This document shows, piece by piece, positions 19,095 through 29,082 of a stretch of DNA of 64,000 bases. The notes below the pieces were generated by a model. The model was given only the letters and a program-made list of their open reading frames with translations, did no database searches and was not told the origin of the DNA. Position numbers and translations under genes: made by a program. This stretch comes from Chamaesiphon sp. OTE_75_metabat_556 (lineage in GTDB: Bacteria > Cyanobacteriota > Cyanobacteriia > Cyanobacteriales > Chamaesiphonaceae), in NCBI RefSeq assembly GCF_031378165.1, contig NZ_JANNDR010000585.1:457-64456 (forward strand), written 5' to 3'. Each line of letters opens with the position of its first letter. The stretch's first letter is position 1.

Positions 19095-19949
19095 ATGAAA
19101 ATTATTATTGCCTTGTTAGTACCGATCTTATTGGGGATTGTGGTGGGATCGAATTTAGCACCGACGATCGCGATTGTCATTTTCAATCAGCCAACGATTT
19201 CATTACCAATTGGGATATGGTTGACGATCGCCATCGGCGGGGGATTGCTGTCGAGTCTAGCGATCCAAATCTTAATTACCATCGATCGGCGGCTGCTCAA
19301 GCGTCAAGTTCGCCAGCTCCAATCGCGATTGCAGCAGTCGGATGAAGATATTTTCACTTACACTTCACCAACAGCAGCGGACAATTCATCGCCAGCAAAA
19401 TCTGTGGAGATGGATGCCCCCAATGAGTCGCCGCCTGCGACCAAAACTAGTAGATTTAAGAGCTATCGATCGAATTTAGCCGATCGATTTAGCAACAGAT
19501 CTTCGGCTCCGGCTAGTGTCGAGGACGATCGTGATGATTGGGAAGATCCACCACCACTAAATCGCGAACTAGATTGGGAAGATTCACCCGCCCCCCGCCC
19601 CCAAAGTGTCCGTTCGACACGCAACAGTTCGACAATTGAGAACGATCGAATCCCTGCAGATCGCCGCACTCCAAAAATGTCCGATCGATCCCAACAAACT
19701 AGTCGCGAAGTATACGATGCCGATTTTAGATTGATTCAACCACCTTATAAAGAGCCACTAACAACTGAATTTGATGATGAGCCGGACACTGCTAATTTTG
19801 ACGATCCTCCCCGCGATCGCGATCTAGATCGCTCTTCATCTTCTGTTCGATCGACAGATCCAGATCACACCCCACCTGCAAGCAATCAAGATGATGAAGA
19901 TTGGGGATTTGATTTCGACGATCGGGAGCCGCCAGCAAGAGCAAATTGA
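19095..19949 (+). CDS. Membrane protein, LapA-like N-terminus with acidic disordered tail
   Basis: Two N-terminal hydrophobic helices; D/E/P-rich tail with VYDADFRLI.PP and DDEDWGF motifs. Confidence 0.7.
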   Translation: MKIIIALLVPILLGIVVGSNLAPTIAIVIFNQPTISLPIGIWLTIAIGGGLLSSLAIQILITIDRRLLKRQVRQLQSRLQQSDEDIFTYTSPTAADNSSPAKSVEMDAPNESPPATKTSRFKSYRSNLADRFSNRSSAPASVEDDRDDWEDPPPLNRELDWEDSPAPRPQSVRSTRNSSTIENDRIPADRRTPKMSDRSQQTSREVYDADFRLIQPPYKEPLTTEFDDEPDTANFDDPPRDRDLDRSSSSVRSTDPDHTPPASNQDDEDWGFDFDDREPPARAN

Positions 19950-20111
19950 CAATCGATCGCTGTTAAATTCAAAATAAATTGGAATTTAATTAGAATTATA
20001 ATTATAATTAAGTGCATAATATACTAATATAAAGTTAGCTTCATCATGACTAATACATGAAGTAAACTGTATATCTAGTCAAAATTATCCGCCATATCCA
20101 CTCATCAAACT

Positions 20112-20498
20112 ATGCCTAAAGTCGATTCCGTTGCAGAAGCAACCATCCCTACATCCCCACTTACTGGAAAAGCTCTGCTGCAAAAAGTTAAGGAACTTTC
20201 ACATCTTGCCAAGCGGGAAACTGCTACACAGTGTGGCTATGTGAAAACTACCAAAGCAGGTGTTACCCGTACCGATCTATCTGGATTTTATGACGCTGTA
20301 CTCACAGCCAAAGGAGTCAAACTTGACGAAACCAGTAGAGACAATCGCGGTAAAACCGCTACTTATAAGGCCACAGTTCATAAAAATGGCCAGTTGCTGA
20401 TTGGAGCTGCTTACACCAAAGAAATGGGATTAAAAGAGGGCGATACTTTTAGTATCAAACTTGGCTACAAACATATTCACTTGGTTCAAGACAATTAG
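20112..20498 (+). CDS. Cyanobacterial AbrB-like transcriptional regulator (cyAbrB)
   Basis: LTGKALLQKVKEL..CGY and VHKNGQLLIGAAYTKEMGL..GDTFSIKLGYKHIHL. Confidence 0.92.
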   Translation: MPKVDSVAEATIPTSPLTGKALLQKVKELSHLAKRETATQCGYVKTTKAGVTRTDLSGFYDAVLTAKGVKLDETSRDNRGKTATYKATVHKNGQLLIGAAYTKEMGLKEGDTFSIKLGYKHIHLVQDN

Positions 20499-21027
20499 CT
20501 CGAACACTAGCAGCCGCAATGGTTTCGATCTTAGATCGCGACTGTTTCGGCTGCTATTTTGTCAAAACTCGATCGCCAAATAGTCCACCAGTAACATTTA
20601 TAGTTGAAAGATCCCGACGATCGCCCAAAATTAGCAGATCGAAATCGATTGCCAGTAATTTTTAGGCGAGGACGATCGCCCATAAATCATCAGATCGACC
20701 ATAAATCGATCGATACGTACTCTGCTTGAGTCCAGCAGCTCCAGTCCGGATCGCCGATCGCCTATTTTGACAACTTGGATTGTCATTAATGTCATTAATC
20801 TGATCGGACATCATAATTGTCAGCAGCTAGAAAGCAACAACCCTTAGCATCGTCTGTCGGCCAAGAGAATGATGGCCGAACAACCAGAATATTGAACCAA
20901 GCTAACTACGGCAATTGACATTCCCAACATCAAAGTGACAACTGCTAATAATTGCCGCTTCAGTCGCATATTTACAGATTTCGAGCCGATCGTTGGCGTA
21001 GCCTACCGGAGGTAATCGCGGCGATTT

Positions 21028-21633
21028 TTAGCCTTGAGGTAAGATTCGATCGGTTACAAAGTTGACAACTTCCGCCAATCCCTGCCCCGTTTTGAGATTG
21101 GTGAAAATAAACGGTTTGTCACCACGCATTTTGATACTATCTCGTTCCATAATGCCCAGATCTGCACCAACTTGGCTGGCAAGATCGATCTTATTAATCA
21201 CTAATAAATCTGATTTGGTAATGCCAGGGCCACCCTTGCGGGGGATTTTGTCACCCCCAGCAACATCGATCGTGTAGATAGTTAGGTCTACTAATTCGGG
21301 ACTAAAAGTCGCTGCGAGATTATCGCCCCCACTTTCGAGAAACACGATCTCCAAATCGGTGAATTTTCGCTCCAATTGTTCGATCGCCGCAATATTCATT
21401 GAGGCATCTTCGCGAATGGCAGTATGCGGACACCCACCAGTTTCGACCCCAATAATTCGATCTGCTGAGAGGGCTTGGCTGTTGACCAGAAACTGGGCAT
21501 CTTCTTGGGTATAAATATCATTGGTCACGACCGCCAACTGATAGCGATCGCGCAATTGCTTGCACAATCCATCAAGTAAGGCAGTTTTACCAGAACCAAC
21601 CGGCCCAGCAATACCAACGCGGAGAGGATTCAT
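21028..21633 (-). CDS. ureG: Urease accessory GTPase UreG
   Basis: [31 protein letters not shown]; start moved to ATG 21633 because the upstream extension is tandem repeat. Confidence 0.95.
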   Translation of the reverse strand: MNPLRVGIAGPVGSGKTALLDGLCKQLRDRYQLAVVTNDIYTQEDAQFLVNSQALSADRIIGVETGGCPHTAIREDASMNIAAIEQLERKFTDLEIVFLESGGDNLAATFSPELVDLTIYTIDVAGGDKIPRKGGPGITKSDLLVINKIDLASQVGADLGIMERDSIKMRGDKPFIFTNLKTGQGLAEVVNFVTDRILPQG

Positions 21634-21639
21634 AGAGTT

Positions 21640-21787
21640 TAGTGAATAGTGGATAGTGGATAGTGAATAGTGAATTTGATAATCCCAGCTCAAATAATAA
21701 GATAAATGTCTGAAAAACTCATGTTTGCCGAACTACCTATCCTTATTACCAACGCTCTATCCACTATTCACTATCCCCTATCCACTA
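21640..21787. repeat. Two STRR heptamer arrays in inverted orientation
   Basis: (GRATAGT)n at 21640-21674 and (ACTATYC)n at 21757-21787. Confidence 0.85.
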
Positions 21788-21789
21788 AT

Positions 21790-22698
21790 TTAGCGATCGA
21801 GATCGCACTTATCTTCAGCACAAGAGACAGTGATTTGACCGATCGCGGCTTGTTTGTCGTACTTTTGAGTCTTGAGATAGTCATCGTTGCTTTCAGGATA
21901 ATCACCCGCAAAATTCCGTTTGCCAACTGGTTTGGGACGAAAAGCTAAACCGTTAGGATGTTGGGTAAAGTTAATAAACTCTCGCGATTCATTGTCCTTG
22001 CTCATGGACAAAGTAGCATTACCGTAAACAGAGACAGCTTGACCGATCGATGTCCCTGGCCCGACACCTTGCTGTGTGCGGTAGTTGGGATTATCAGTCA
22101 TCAAATGCTGAATTCGATCAGCATCAGTAAAATTAGTGCCAGTGGGATAGGGAATATAGTATTGTACCGTTCCCGCCTTAGTCACGGCGATCGCATCGAA
22201 ACCTTCAATAAAATTGGTTTTGACTGGAAACTCAACTTGCGCGCCCATTTTCTGCTTGAGTTCCTTGAATGTCATCCCAATTTTGGCATCCCCAATCCCG
22301 ACTGGCGTAATTTGCCGAGCCGAATCGAGTGGCAGTTTCAGTTTGGAGATTGGTTCGGTCTTAGAATTTGTTTTGGTTTTGACTGGTTCTGAAGGTACGA
22401 TAATCGGTACGGGAGTCGGGTCTGGATAGAGCGACTTGGGTAGTTCCGCAAGTGTAGGTTTCGAGGCCGATCCTGGCGGTGGAGCGGGAATCGCGGGCTG
22501 CTTTGGCGATGGTGCAGACGGCAACGATGGCGTTGGTGTTGGCGTAGCTACAGGTGCTGGCATGGTCGGCGTCGCCGCAATCGGTGTCGGTGTCACTGTG
22601 GGTGTCGCCACTACAGTTGGCGGCTGGTTATTTTTTCCACAAGCAGTTAATAACCCGATCGCTACCAAACACAGGCTGCGGTAAACTCGTCCTTTCAT
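21790..22698 (-). CDS. Pro/Thr-rich lipoprotein, hypothetical
   Basis: Lipobox LTAC, PT repeats, globular C-terminal domain (ITPVGIGDAKIGMT). Confidence 0.75.
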   Translation of the reverse strand: MKGRVYRSLCLVAIGLLTACGKNNQPPTVVATPTVTPTPIAATPTMPAPVATPTPTPSLPSAPSPKQPAIPAPPPGSASKPTLAELPKSLYPDPTPVPIIVPSEPVKTKTNSKTEPISKLKLPLDSARQITPVGIGDAKIGMTFKELKQKMGAQVEFPVKTNFIEGFDAIAVTKAGTVQYYIPYPTGTNFTDADRIQHLMTDNPNYRTQQGVGPGTSIGQAVSVYGNATLSMSKDNESREFINFTQHPNGLAFRPKPVGKRNFAGDYPESNDDYLKTQKYDKQAAIGQITVSCAEDKCDLDR

Positions 22699-22735
22699 TG
22701 CTACTACTCAGCTAGCTGAATTTTCAAATAATACT

Positions 22736-23068
22736 TTAGAATCTTATTCTACCCCTAGTCAGTAGTTGATAGCCACTGGCAAATGATAACATGGCCACAA
22801 AAAATGTCCACAAGCTCATAGGCCGTAGAATAACACCACCACTTAAGAACACCAAAACTATCCCGATTGCGACAAAAATCCAACCCAACTGCCCCATCTG
22901 CTGCCGCCAGAAGGTCAGCGAACCAACCCCCGCCAAGATAGACAAGACCGATCCGGTGGCAGATATTTTATGCCCCCAATCATAATAGTTTTGAGTTGTA
23001 AAAATGATGTTCTGACCTAGAAAGTAGATACTGACAATGATTAATCCTAATCCCAAAATGGTAGACAT
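22736..23068 (-). CDS. Small four-helix membrane protein, hypothetical
   Basis: Four hydrophobic segments; GIYFLGQNI-type motif. Confidence 0.75.
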   Translation of the reverse strand: MSTILGLGLIIVSIYFLGQNIIFTTQNYYDWGHKISATGSVLSILAGVGSLTFWRQQMGQLGWIFVAIGIVLVFLSGGVILRPMSLWTFFVAMLSFASGYQLLTRGRIRF

Positions 23069-23253
23069 AAAAACTTCTCCGGTTGAGGCGATCGAGTGAG
23101 TTCAATTTAGGATACCCAATCGAGCTGATGGATCGTTGTTTCGATCGATAACGGTGCGACTAGTCCTTCCTCGCGATCGGATTTCAATGCCCGCTCCGAT
23201 CCGCTAATCTAGTGATAGCCTTTTGTATAATTCTGCGATCGGGTATCTAAAGT

Positions 23254-24660
23254 ATGAGCAATCCTGAGACAGCTATCACTCCCACCCCCATATCATTAGA
23301 TATCGACCGCGCTAGGGCGAGTTTACAGCAGAGCTTGTCGCGATATGCGACCCAAAAGGTGGGCGAAGTTTCACCCAGCTTGCAGAGCGATCTAGACACT
23401 TTAGCGGCTACTTTGACCAAGCTAGAGCAGACGAGTTATAGTATTGCCGTGTTTGGATTGGTCAGTCGTGGTAAATCAGCCGTACTCAATGCACTGATCG
23501 GTGAAAAAATCTTGGAAGTAGGACCACTCAACGGCGTCACCCGCTTTCCACGCCAGGTGCGGTGGTCGCTGGATGGCCTGACCCAAATCGATCTGATCGA
23601 TACGCCTGGATTAGACGAAATCGATGGCGAAGCTCGCGCCACGATGGCTGCCGAAGTTGTCAATCAGGCCGATCTCATCTTATTTATTATTGCTGGTGAT
23701 ATTACCCAGCTAGAGTACCAAGCCTTGCGGGAATTGCGGCAAGCTCACAAACCGTTATTACTAGTATTTAATAAATCTGACCTGTATCCAGAACAGGAAC
23801 GGCAATCGATCTATCAGCAGTTACAAAGCTTGAGCGAAGATGGGGTCAGTGACGAATTATTGCAACGGTTATTATCCGCAGATGAAGTTGTGATGATCGC
23901 TGCCGATCCTGCTGCTATCCAAGTGCGGATCGAATATCCCGATGGGACAAAAAAATATGAATGGGAACAACCCGCGCCCCAAATCGCACCCCTCCGCACC
24001 AAAATTCAAGAATTATTAGCCCGCGAAGGTAAATCTTTATTGGCAATCAATGCCCTAGTGCAAGCGCGCACCGCCGAATCGAGTTTGGCTAAAAATACCC
24101 TCGCCGATCTGCAAGTTGAAGCTAATCAGTTGGTGTGGAAGTTTGCACGGTATAAAGCGATCGCAGTTGCCGCCAATCCGATCGCGATTTTCGATCTGCT
24201 CGGTGGCGTATTGGTGGATTTAGTGCTGATTCGATCGCTAGCGAAGTTATACAATCTCCCGATGACCAAATACGAGCTGAGTAAACTGCTCAACGGGATT
24301 GTCTTTAGTAGCGCGAGCTTATTACTAGGTGAAGTGGCGACCGGGATTGTCTTTGGTGTCGGCAAAACCACCGCATTGCTAGTCGGTTCTAGTTTGAATC
24401 TCGCCGCCATTCCTGGCTACTTAGGTGCAGGTGCCATCCAAGGGGCAGTAGCTGGCTATGGAGCCGATCGAGTCGGCAAAGCCGCTCAAACCTATCTAGC
24501 TACAGGTTGTACTTGGGGTCAATTGGGTGCTAATACCGTCATCCAAGAAATCCTCGATCGCATCGATGACAAAACAATTATCTCGCGCCTGCGCGATGAG
24601 CTATTATCTCAACCTACTAAAACTCCCGCAGATACCCAGTTGGACAGCCCTACATCCTGA
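23254..24660 (+). CDS. Small GTP-binding protein with DUF697 domain
   Basis: GLVSRGKS, DTPG, NKSD; hydrophobic C-terminal region. Confidence 0.85.
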   Translation: MSNPETAITPTPISLDIDRARASLQQSLSRYATQKVGEVSPSLQSDLDTLAATLTKLEQTSYSIAVFGLVSRGKSAVLNALIGEKILEVGPLNGVTRFPRQVRWSLDGLTQIDLIDTPGLDEIDGEARATMAAEVVNQADLILFIIAGDITQLEYQALRELRQAHKPLLLVFNKSDLYPEQERQSIYQQLQSLSEDGVSDELLQRLLSADEVVMIAADPAAIQVRIEYPDGTKKYEWEQPAPQIAPLRTKIQELLAREGKSLLAINALVQARTAESSLAKNTLADLQVEANQLVWKFARYKAIAVAANPIAIFDLLGGVLVDLVLIRSLAKLYNLPMTKYELSKLLNGIVFSSASLLLGEVATGIVFGVGKTTALLVGSSLNLAAIPGYLGAGAIQGAVAGYGADRVGKAAQTYLATGCTWGQLGANTVIQEILDRIDDKTIISRLRDELLSQPTKTPADTQLDSPTS

Positions 24661-24795
24661 TGTATCGATCGAACTTGTCGATCTCGATCGATTTTCTCCC
24701 AACTAAAAACACCCAACTAGTTGCCGATCGAGCGATACTCATGAGATAATCATAGACTGTGTCTATTTTATTCCCGCGTTGGGTCTGTAAAGAGT

Positions 24796-24990
24796 ATGGC
24801 AGCCAAAAAGGGCGTTCGTATTATCATCACATTGGAATGCACCGAGTGCCGCAGCAATCTTGCTAAACGCTCTCCTGGTGTTTCCCGTTACACCACCATG
24901 AAAAATCGTCGGAACACCACCGCCCGATTGGAGTTGAGCAAGTTCTGTCGTTACTGCAACAAGCACACGACTCATAAAGAAATCAAGTAG
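24796..24990 (+). CDS. rpmG: 50S ribosomal protein L33
   Basis: ITLECTEC...[27 protein letters not shown]. Confidence 0.97.
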   Translation: MAAKKGVRIIITLECTECRSNLAKRSPGVSRYTTMKNRRNTTARLELSKFCRYCNKHTTHKEIK

Positions 24991-25041
24991 TGAGTAGAAT
25001 ATCCACTATCCACTATCCACCATTCACTATTCACTAAACAC

Positions 25042-25257
25042 ATGGCTTATTTTCGCAAACGGTTATCGCCGATCAAACCTGGAGACCCGATCGATTACAA
25101 AGATGTAGATTTACTCCGCAAGTTTGTCACCGAACGCGGCAAAATCTTACCGCGTAGAATCACTGGTTTGACCTCCAAACAACAAAGAGATCTCACCCTC
25201 TCGATTAAACGCGCTCGTCAAATCGCCTTGATGCCATTCATCAACGTCGAAGGCTAA
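25042..25257 (+). CDS. rpsR: 30S ribosomal protein S18
   Basis: [26 protein letters not shown]. Confidence 0.97.
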   Translation: MAYFRKRLSPIKPGDPIDYKDVDLLRKFVTERGKILPRRITGLTSKQQRDLTLSIKRARQIALMPFINVEG

Positions 25258-25586
25258 CAGCAGAAGGGATGAGGAATGAGGATTGCTAGTAGCGCAAAGT
25301 TTCCAGCAAGCTTCATATCTTCAACTTCCGAGCAGATCTAAAACTTAGTCGATATTATTAATTCGTGTCCTGGCAGCTTGTGCTAATCGAGCCAGAAATT
25401 TTTGGGTACGCAAAAATCAGCGCTGACGATCGGTCAACGCTACCTGCGCGATCGGACTATTCACCGTAAACTAGAGAAACACGATCGTCTAAACCGTCGC
25501 GAGACAACTCCAGTAATGGAGCCGCCAGACTAGATCGCAACCAAACAACACGTAACAACGCACCGTTACAAAGGAAGAGAATAGGG

Positions 25587-27605
25587 GTGGAGAAGGGAAC
25601 TCTAGTTGAATTTTGGCACAATGGAGAACGCCGTCTCGCCATAGCCGATCGCCCAGAAGGGAAAAAGCATTGGATCGCGATCGATGCGCGCAGTCAGCCA
25701 CATACATTACATCCCCGCGATATTACTTATGAAGTAACCGGGATAACTTGCAAGCAGCCCGCCGAAATTACTAAGTTTGATGCCGAAGTCGCACCGAATA
25801 TCGACCCCGACAGCTTGGAAGTCGCGTGGGAAATGTTAGTAGAAGATGGGGAAACTGTCGATCCACCAGCACTAGCAGACCTACTATATTCGGATCGATC
25901 GCCAGCCCTGTGCTATGCGGCGCACGTCTTGCTATTTGCAGACAAAATTTACTTCAAAAACAAAAAAGAAGACAAATACGAACCCCGCACTCGCACTCAG
26001 GTCACCGAACTCCAGCACCAAGCCACAGTTAAAGAACAAAAAGAACGCGAACAACAAGGCTTTATCGATCGCGTCAAGCAACAACTGGCTGGTACGCCCG
26101 TTGAGTGGCAAGATCCCGATAAACAGCGGCTGGAAGTCCTCGAAAAATATGTCCTCAATCCCGATCTACCACCCTCAAAACTCGGCGAATACCTCACCGC
26201 ATTGGGGTGCCCGCAAACTCAGCCCACTGTCTTTAATCTCTTAGTCGAATTGGGCTGGTGGGACATCCACGAAAATATCCATCTGCGTCGTTCTCAGAGT
26301 CCCGTTCACTTCTCACACAAGATGCAAACTGTGGCGCATGAATTACTGACCAATCCGCCTGTCGATCTCGATCTCAACCACCGTGTCGATTTGACCCATC
26401 TCAAGGTCTACACGATCGATGACGAGAGTACGCAAGAGATCGATGATGGTTTGAGTGTCGAAGGATTGACCGATGGTCGCCAAAAATTGTGGATTCATAT
26501 TGCCGACCCGACGCGGTTGTTATCACCAGAAGATGAATTCGACCTTGAAGCGCGCAAACGATCTGTGACGATTTATCTACCCACGGGGATGATTCCGATG
26601 TTCCCACCGGATCTGGCCACAGGGCCAATGAGCCTGCGCCAGGGGCAAAAATGTTGTGCGCTGAGTTTTGGGGTGATCCTCGATCCGAATGGCGCAGTGG
26701 CCGAATATGAGATAACTACCAGCACGATCGAGCCGACTTATCGACTGACTTATGAAGATGTCGAGGAAATGCTGCAATTGCGGATTCCTGGTGAAGTTGA
26801 AATCGAATCGATCGCCAAAGCCTCAAAACTCCGCAATCAGTGGCGGACATCCCAGGGTTCGATTAATATCAACATGCCGGAGTCTACCGTCAAAGTCAGT
26901 GGGGATAAAGTCTCGATCGATTTGATCGAAGATAATCGCGCCCGCCGATTGGTCGCCGAAATGATGATCTTAGCAGGCGAAGTAGCGGCTAAATACGGCC
27001 AAGACAACACCATCCCCCTCCCCTATCGCGGCCAACCCCAGCCTGAACTCCCACCAGAAGAAGAATTGATTTTGATTCCAGTCGGGCCAGCCCGCTCCTG
27101 TGCCGTGCGCCGTTGTATGCCACGGAGTGAAATGGCAACGACACCCTCTAGACACGCTAGCTTGGGTCTGAACACCTATTCTCAAGTCACCTCCCCGATC
27201 CGCCGCTATACCGATTTGCTCGCACATTTTCAAATCAAAGCCCACCTGCGCGGCGACGAGCTGCCATTTACCGTCGAACGCTTGCAGGAAATCATGCTGG
27301 GTTTGGGGACGAATATCTACGAAGCCACGATGGTCGAGCGGCAAACCAATCGCTACTGGACACTAGAATACCTCAATCGATCGGGCGATCGCGAGTGGGA
27401 GGCACTGATGCTCCGTTGGCTGCGCGAGGATGAAAGTCTGGCACTGATCTTGATTGAAGAATTGGGGATCGAACTCGCCATGCGATGCAATCGTTGGGTC
27501 GAATTGGGCGAACAAATCCAAGTTCAAGTCGCCCTGGTCGATCCGCGTCAGGATATCATTCATCTGCGCGAAATCACTAATCGAGCAGCCGATTCTGTAG
27601 CCTAA
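25587..27605 (+). CDS. Exoribonuclease II/R (RNB domain, catalytic motif intact)
   Basis: YTIDDESTQEIDDGLS, HIADP, H.SLGL..YSQVTSPIRRYTDL; follows rpsR. Confidence 0.9.
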   Translation: MEKGTLVEFWHNGERRLAIADRPEGKKHWIAIDARSQPHTLHPRDITYEVTGITCKQPAEITKFDAEVAPNIDPDSLEVAWEMLVEDGETVDPPALADLLYSDRSPALCYAAHVLLFADKIYFKNKKEDKYEPRTRTQVTELQHQATVKEQKEREQQGFIDRVKQQLAGTPVEWQDPDKQRLEVLEKYVLNPDLPPSKLGEYLTALGCPQTQPTVFNLLVELGWWDIHENIHLRRSQSPVHFSHKMQTVAHELLTNPPVDLDLNHRVDLTHLKVYTIDDESTQEIDDGLSVEGLTDGRQKLWIHIADPTRLLSPEDEFDLEARKRSVTIYLPTGMIPMFPPDLATGPMSLRQGQKCCALSFGVILDPNGAVAEYEITTSTIEPTYRLTYEDVEEMLQLRIPGEVEIESIAKASKLRNQWRTSQGSININMPESTVKVSGDKVSIDLIEDNRARRLVAEMMILAGEVAAKYGQDNTIPLPYRGQPQPELPPEEELILIPVGPARSCAVRRCMPRSEMATTPSRHASLGLNTYSQVTSPIRRYTDLLAHFQIKAHLRGDELPFTVERLQEIMLGLGTNIYEATMVERQTNRYWTLEYLNRSGDREWEALMLRWLREDESLALILIEELGIELAMRCNRWVELGEQIQVQVALVDPRQDIIHLREITNRAADSVA

Positions 27606-27686
27606 ATTTCAGCGGGTAGGTTGTAGAGAAATCGGGCTTGCTGTATTTAAATGTGACTTACTCTAAAGTGAATTAAATCCGATCGC

Positions 27687-27718
27687 AAGGAGGGGCAATT
27701 GATGAATTGTCCCTCCTT
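27687..27718. repeat. Degenerate REP-like palindrome or terminator
   Basis: AAGGAGGGGCAATTGATGAATTGTCCCTCCTT followed by a T run. Confidence 0.65.
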
Positions 27719-28082
27719 TTTCGATCCGAACTGACTTGATTCCATAAAACATAAAATTAATCCGATCGCTAGATCTATCGCGATCGATTCAACTGTCTCA
27801 GTACCAAACATTATTAATGCAATTATTTATACTTAAATTACAAGTCAAGGGCTAAATGTTGCAATTCTTGAATTTTTGAGCAATAAATTTGGTCGATCGA
27901 CAAAAATGGGCATACTCTAACTACAGCAGTCGTAATACTTTAGTTGTCGATATCGATCGAATGATGCGCTCCCATCCTTCCCTGCTGGGTTTTTCAGCCT
28001 GCCAAATCTCCAACTAGAGCCGACTTATAGGCAGTAGTACGAGGATTGTGGTGCAAATATCAGTATGACGGTGGTTCACTAA

Positions 28083-29045
28083 TTGTCAAAAATGAAACGT
28101 CAACACAATTTAGATACCCCAAAATCGATCGTCCGTCGGACTTATGTGCAGATAGATCGATTCATTCGCTCTCATAGGACAGTCGCTATCGCCTTTGTGG
28201 TGGCGTCGATCCTAATCGTGGCGTTTGCGGTGAAAAATTCTTACTCTGTGGGAAGCTGCCAAAAGCAAGCTTCAATTAGGATTATCGACGAAACTGGGGG
28301 CCGAGATCCTAAAACTCGATACATCTATCCTTCGCCCGATCGTAGGGTCGATTCACCTTTTTATAACTATGTAACTAAGATTTCCAAGCACTTCTTTCTC
28401 AAGATTGATGAAATTGAAAAATGCAAAGGGGATAAAATCAGCGATCCACAAATTGAGCTTGCATTCGTCTATCGTCCGTTAATTTCCCGCCAGATTCAAC
28501 CCTTTAACTTCGACCTGAAAAAATCTAATGATACCAAGTATATAGATAGTCCGTGGTTAAAACTCACGATGACCAAATCACCCAAGCTAGTCGTTCGTAC
28601 TGCATTCTTCTGGAATGAACGACAGTTTTTGTTCGACCAATCGGTATTATCAGGCGCGCGCGCCTCGCCGACTGAGACGCTGTTGCCGATTGATCGCATC
28701 ATCTACACAAAGTTTCTGAGGGATTACTCAGTCAACGACGACGCGACACTCTCAGCCTCGAAAGAAGTTAGGGCTGCTGTCCTAACCGATCTTGCCAAAA
28801 GAATACCAGCGGATCTGATGTGGCTCTTCTTACATTCAGGGAAATTGGATGGTCTTAGACTCGATGAAATGGGAATGGATAGAGCCATCGAACAACAGGT
28901 AGATCGATATATAGACTTGACCAAAGCATTATTGAACCGCCGATTTGAGTCGATACAGACAGAACAACGCTATTCCAGTATTCTCAATCTCAAACAACTG
29001 TTCGATCTCGATCGATACCGGATCGGTAGAATTCGTTATTACTGA
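28083..29045 (+). CDS. Hypothetical membrane-anchored protein
   Basis: 320-aa ORF with one N-terminal hydrophobic helix; no recognised motif; start uncertain. Confidence 0.6.
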   Translation: MSKMKRQHNLDTPKSIVRRTYVQIDRFIRSHRTVAIAFVVASILIVAFAVKNSYSVGSCQKQASIRIIDETGGRDPKTRYIYPSPDRRVDSPFYNYVTKISKHFFLKIDEIEKCKGDKISDPQIELAFVYRPLISRQIQPFNFDLKKSNDTKYIDSPWLKLTMTKSPKLVVRTAFFWNERQFLFDQSVLSGARASPTETLLPIDRIIYTKFLRDYSVNDDATLSASKEVRAAVLTDLAKRIPADLMWLFLHSGKLDGLRLDEMGMDRAIEQQVDRYIDLTKALLNRRFESIQTEQRYSSILNLKQLFDLDRYRIGRIRYY

Positions 29046-29082
29046 ACATCCAATTAACTAACTTTATCTAAGGAGACAAATT

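Noticed and set aside
21028-21693. Isolated ureG as an anomaly, and its 20-aa N-terminal extension
   Set aside because: Urease genes are often dispersed in cyanobacteria, and the extension is translated heptamer repeat.
25260-25586. Possible structured RNA between rpsR and the RNase II/R gene
   Set aside because: No convincing stems or known RNA motif seen by eye.
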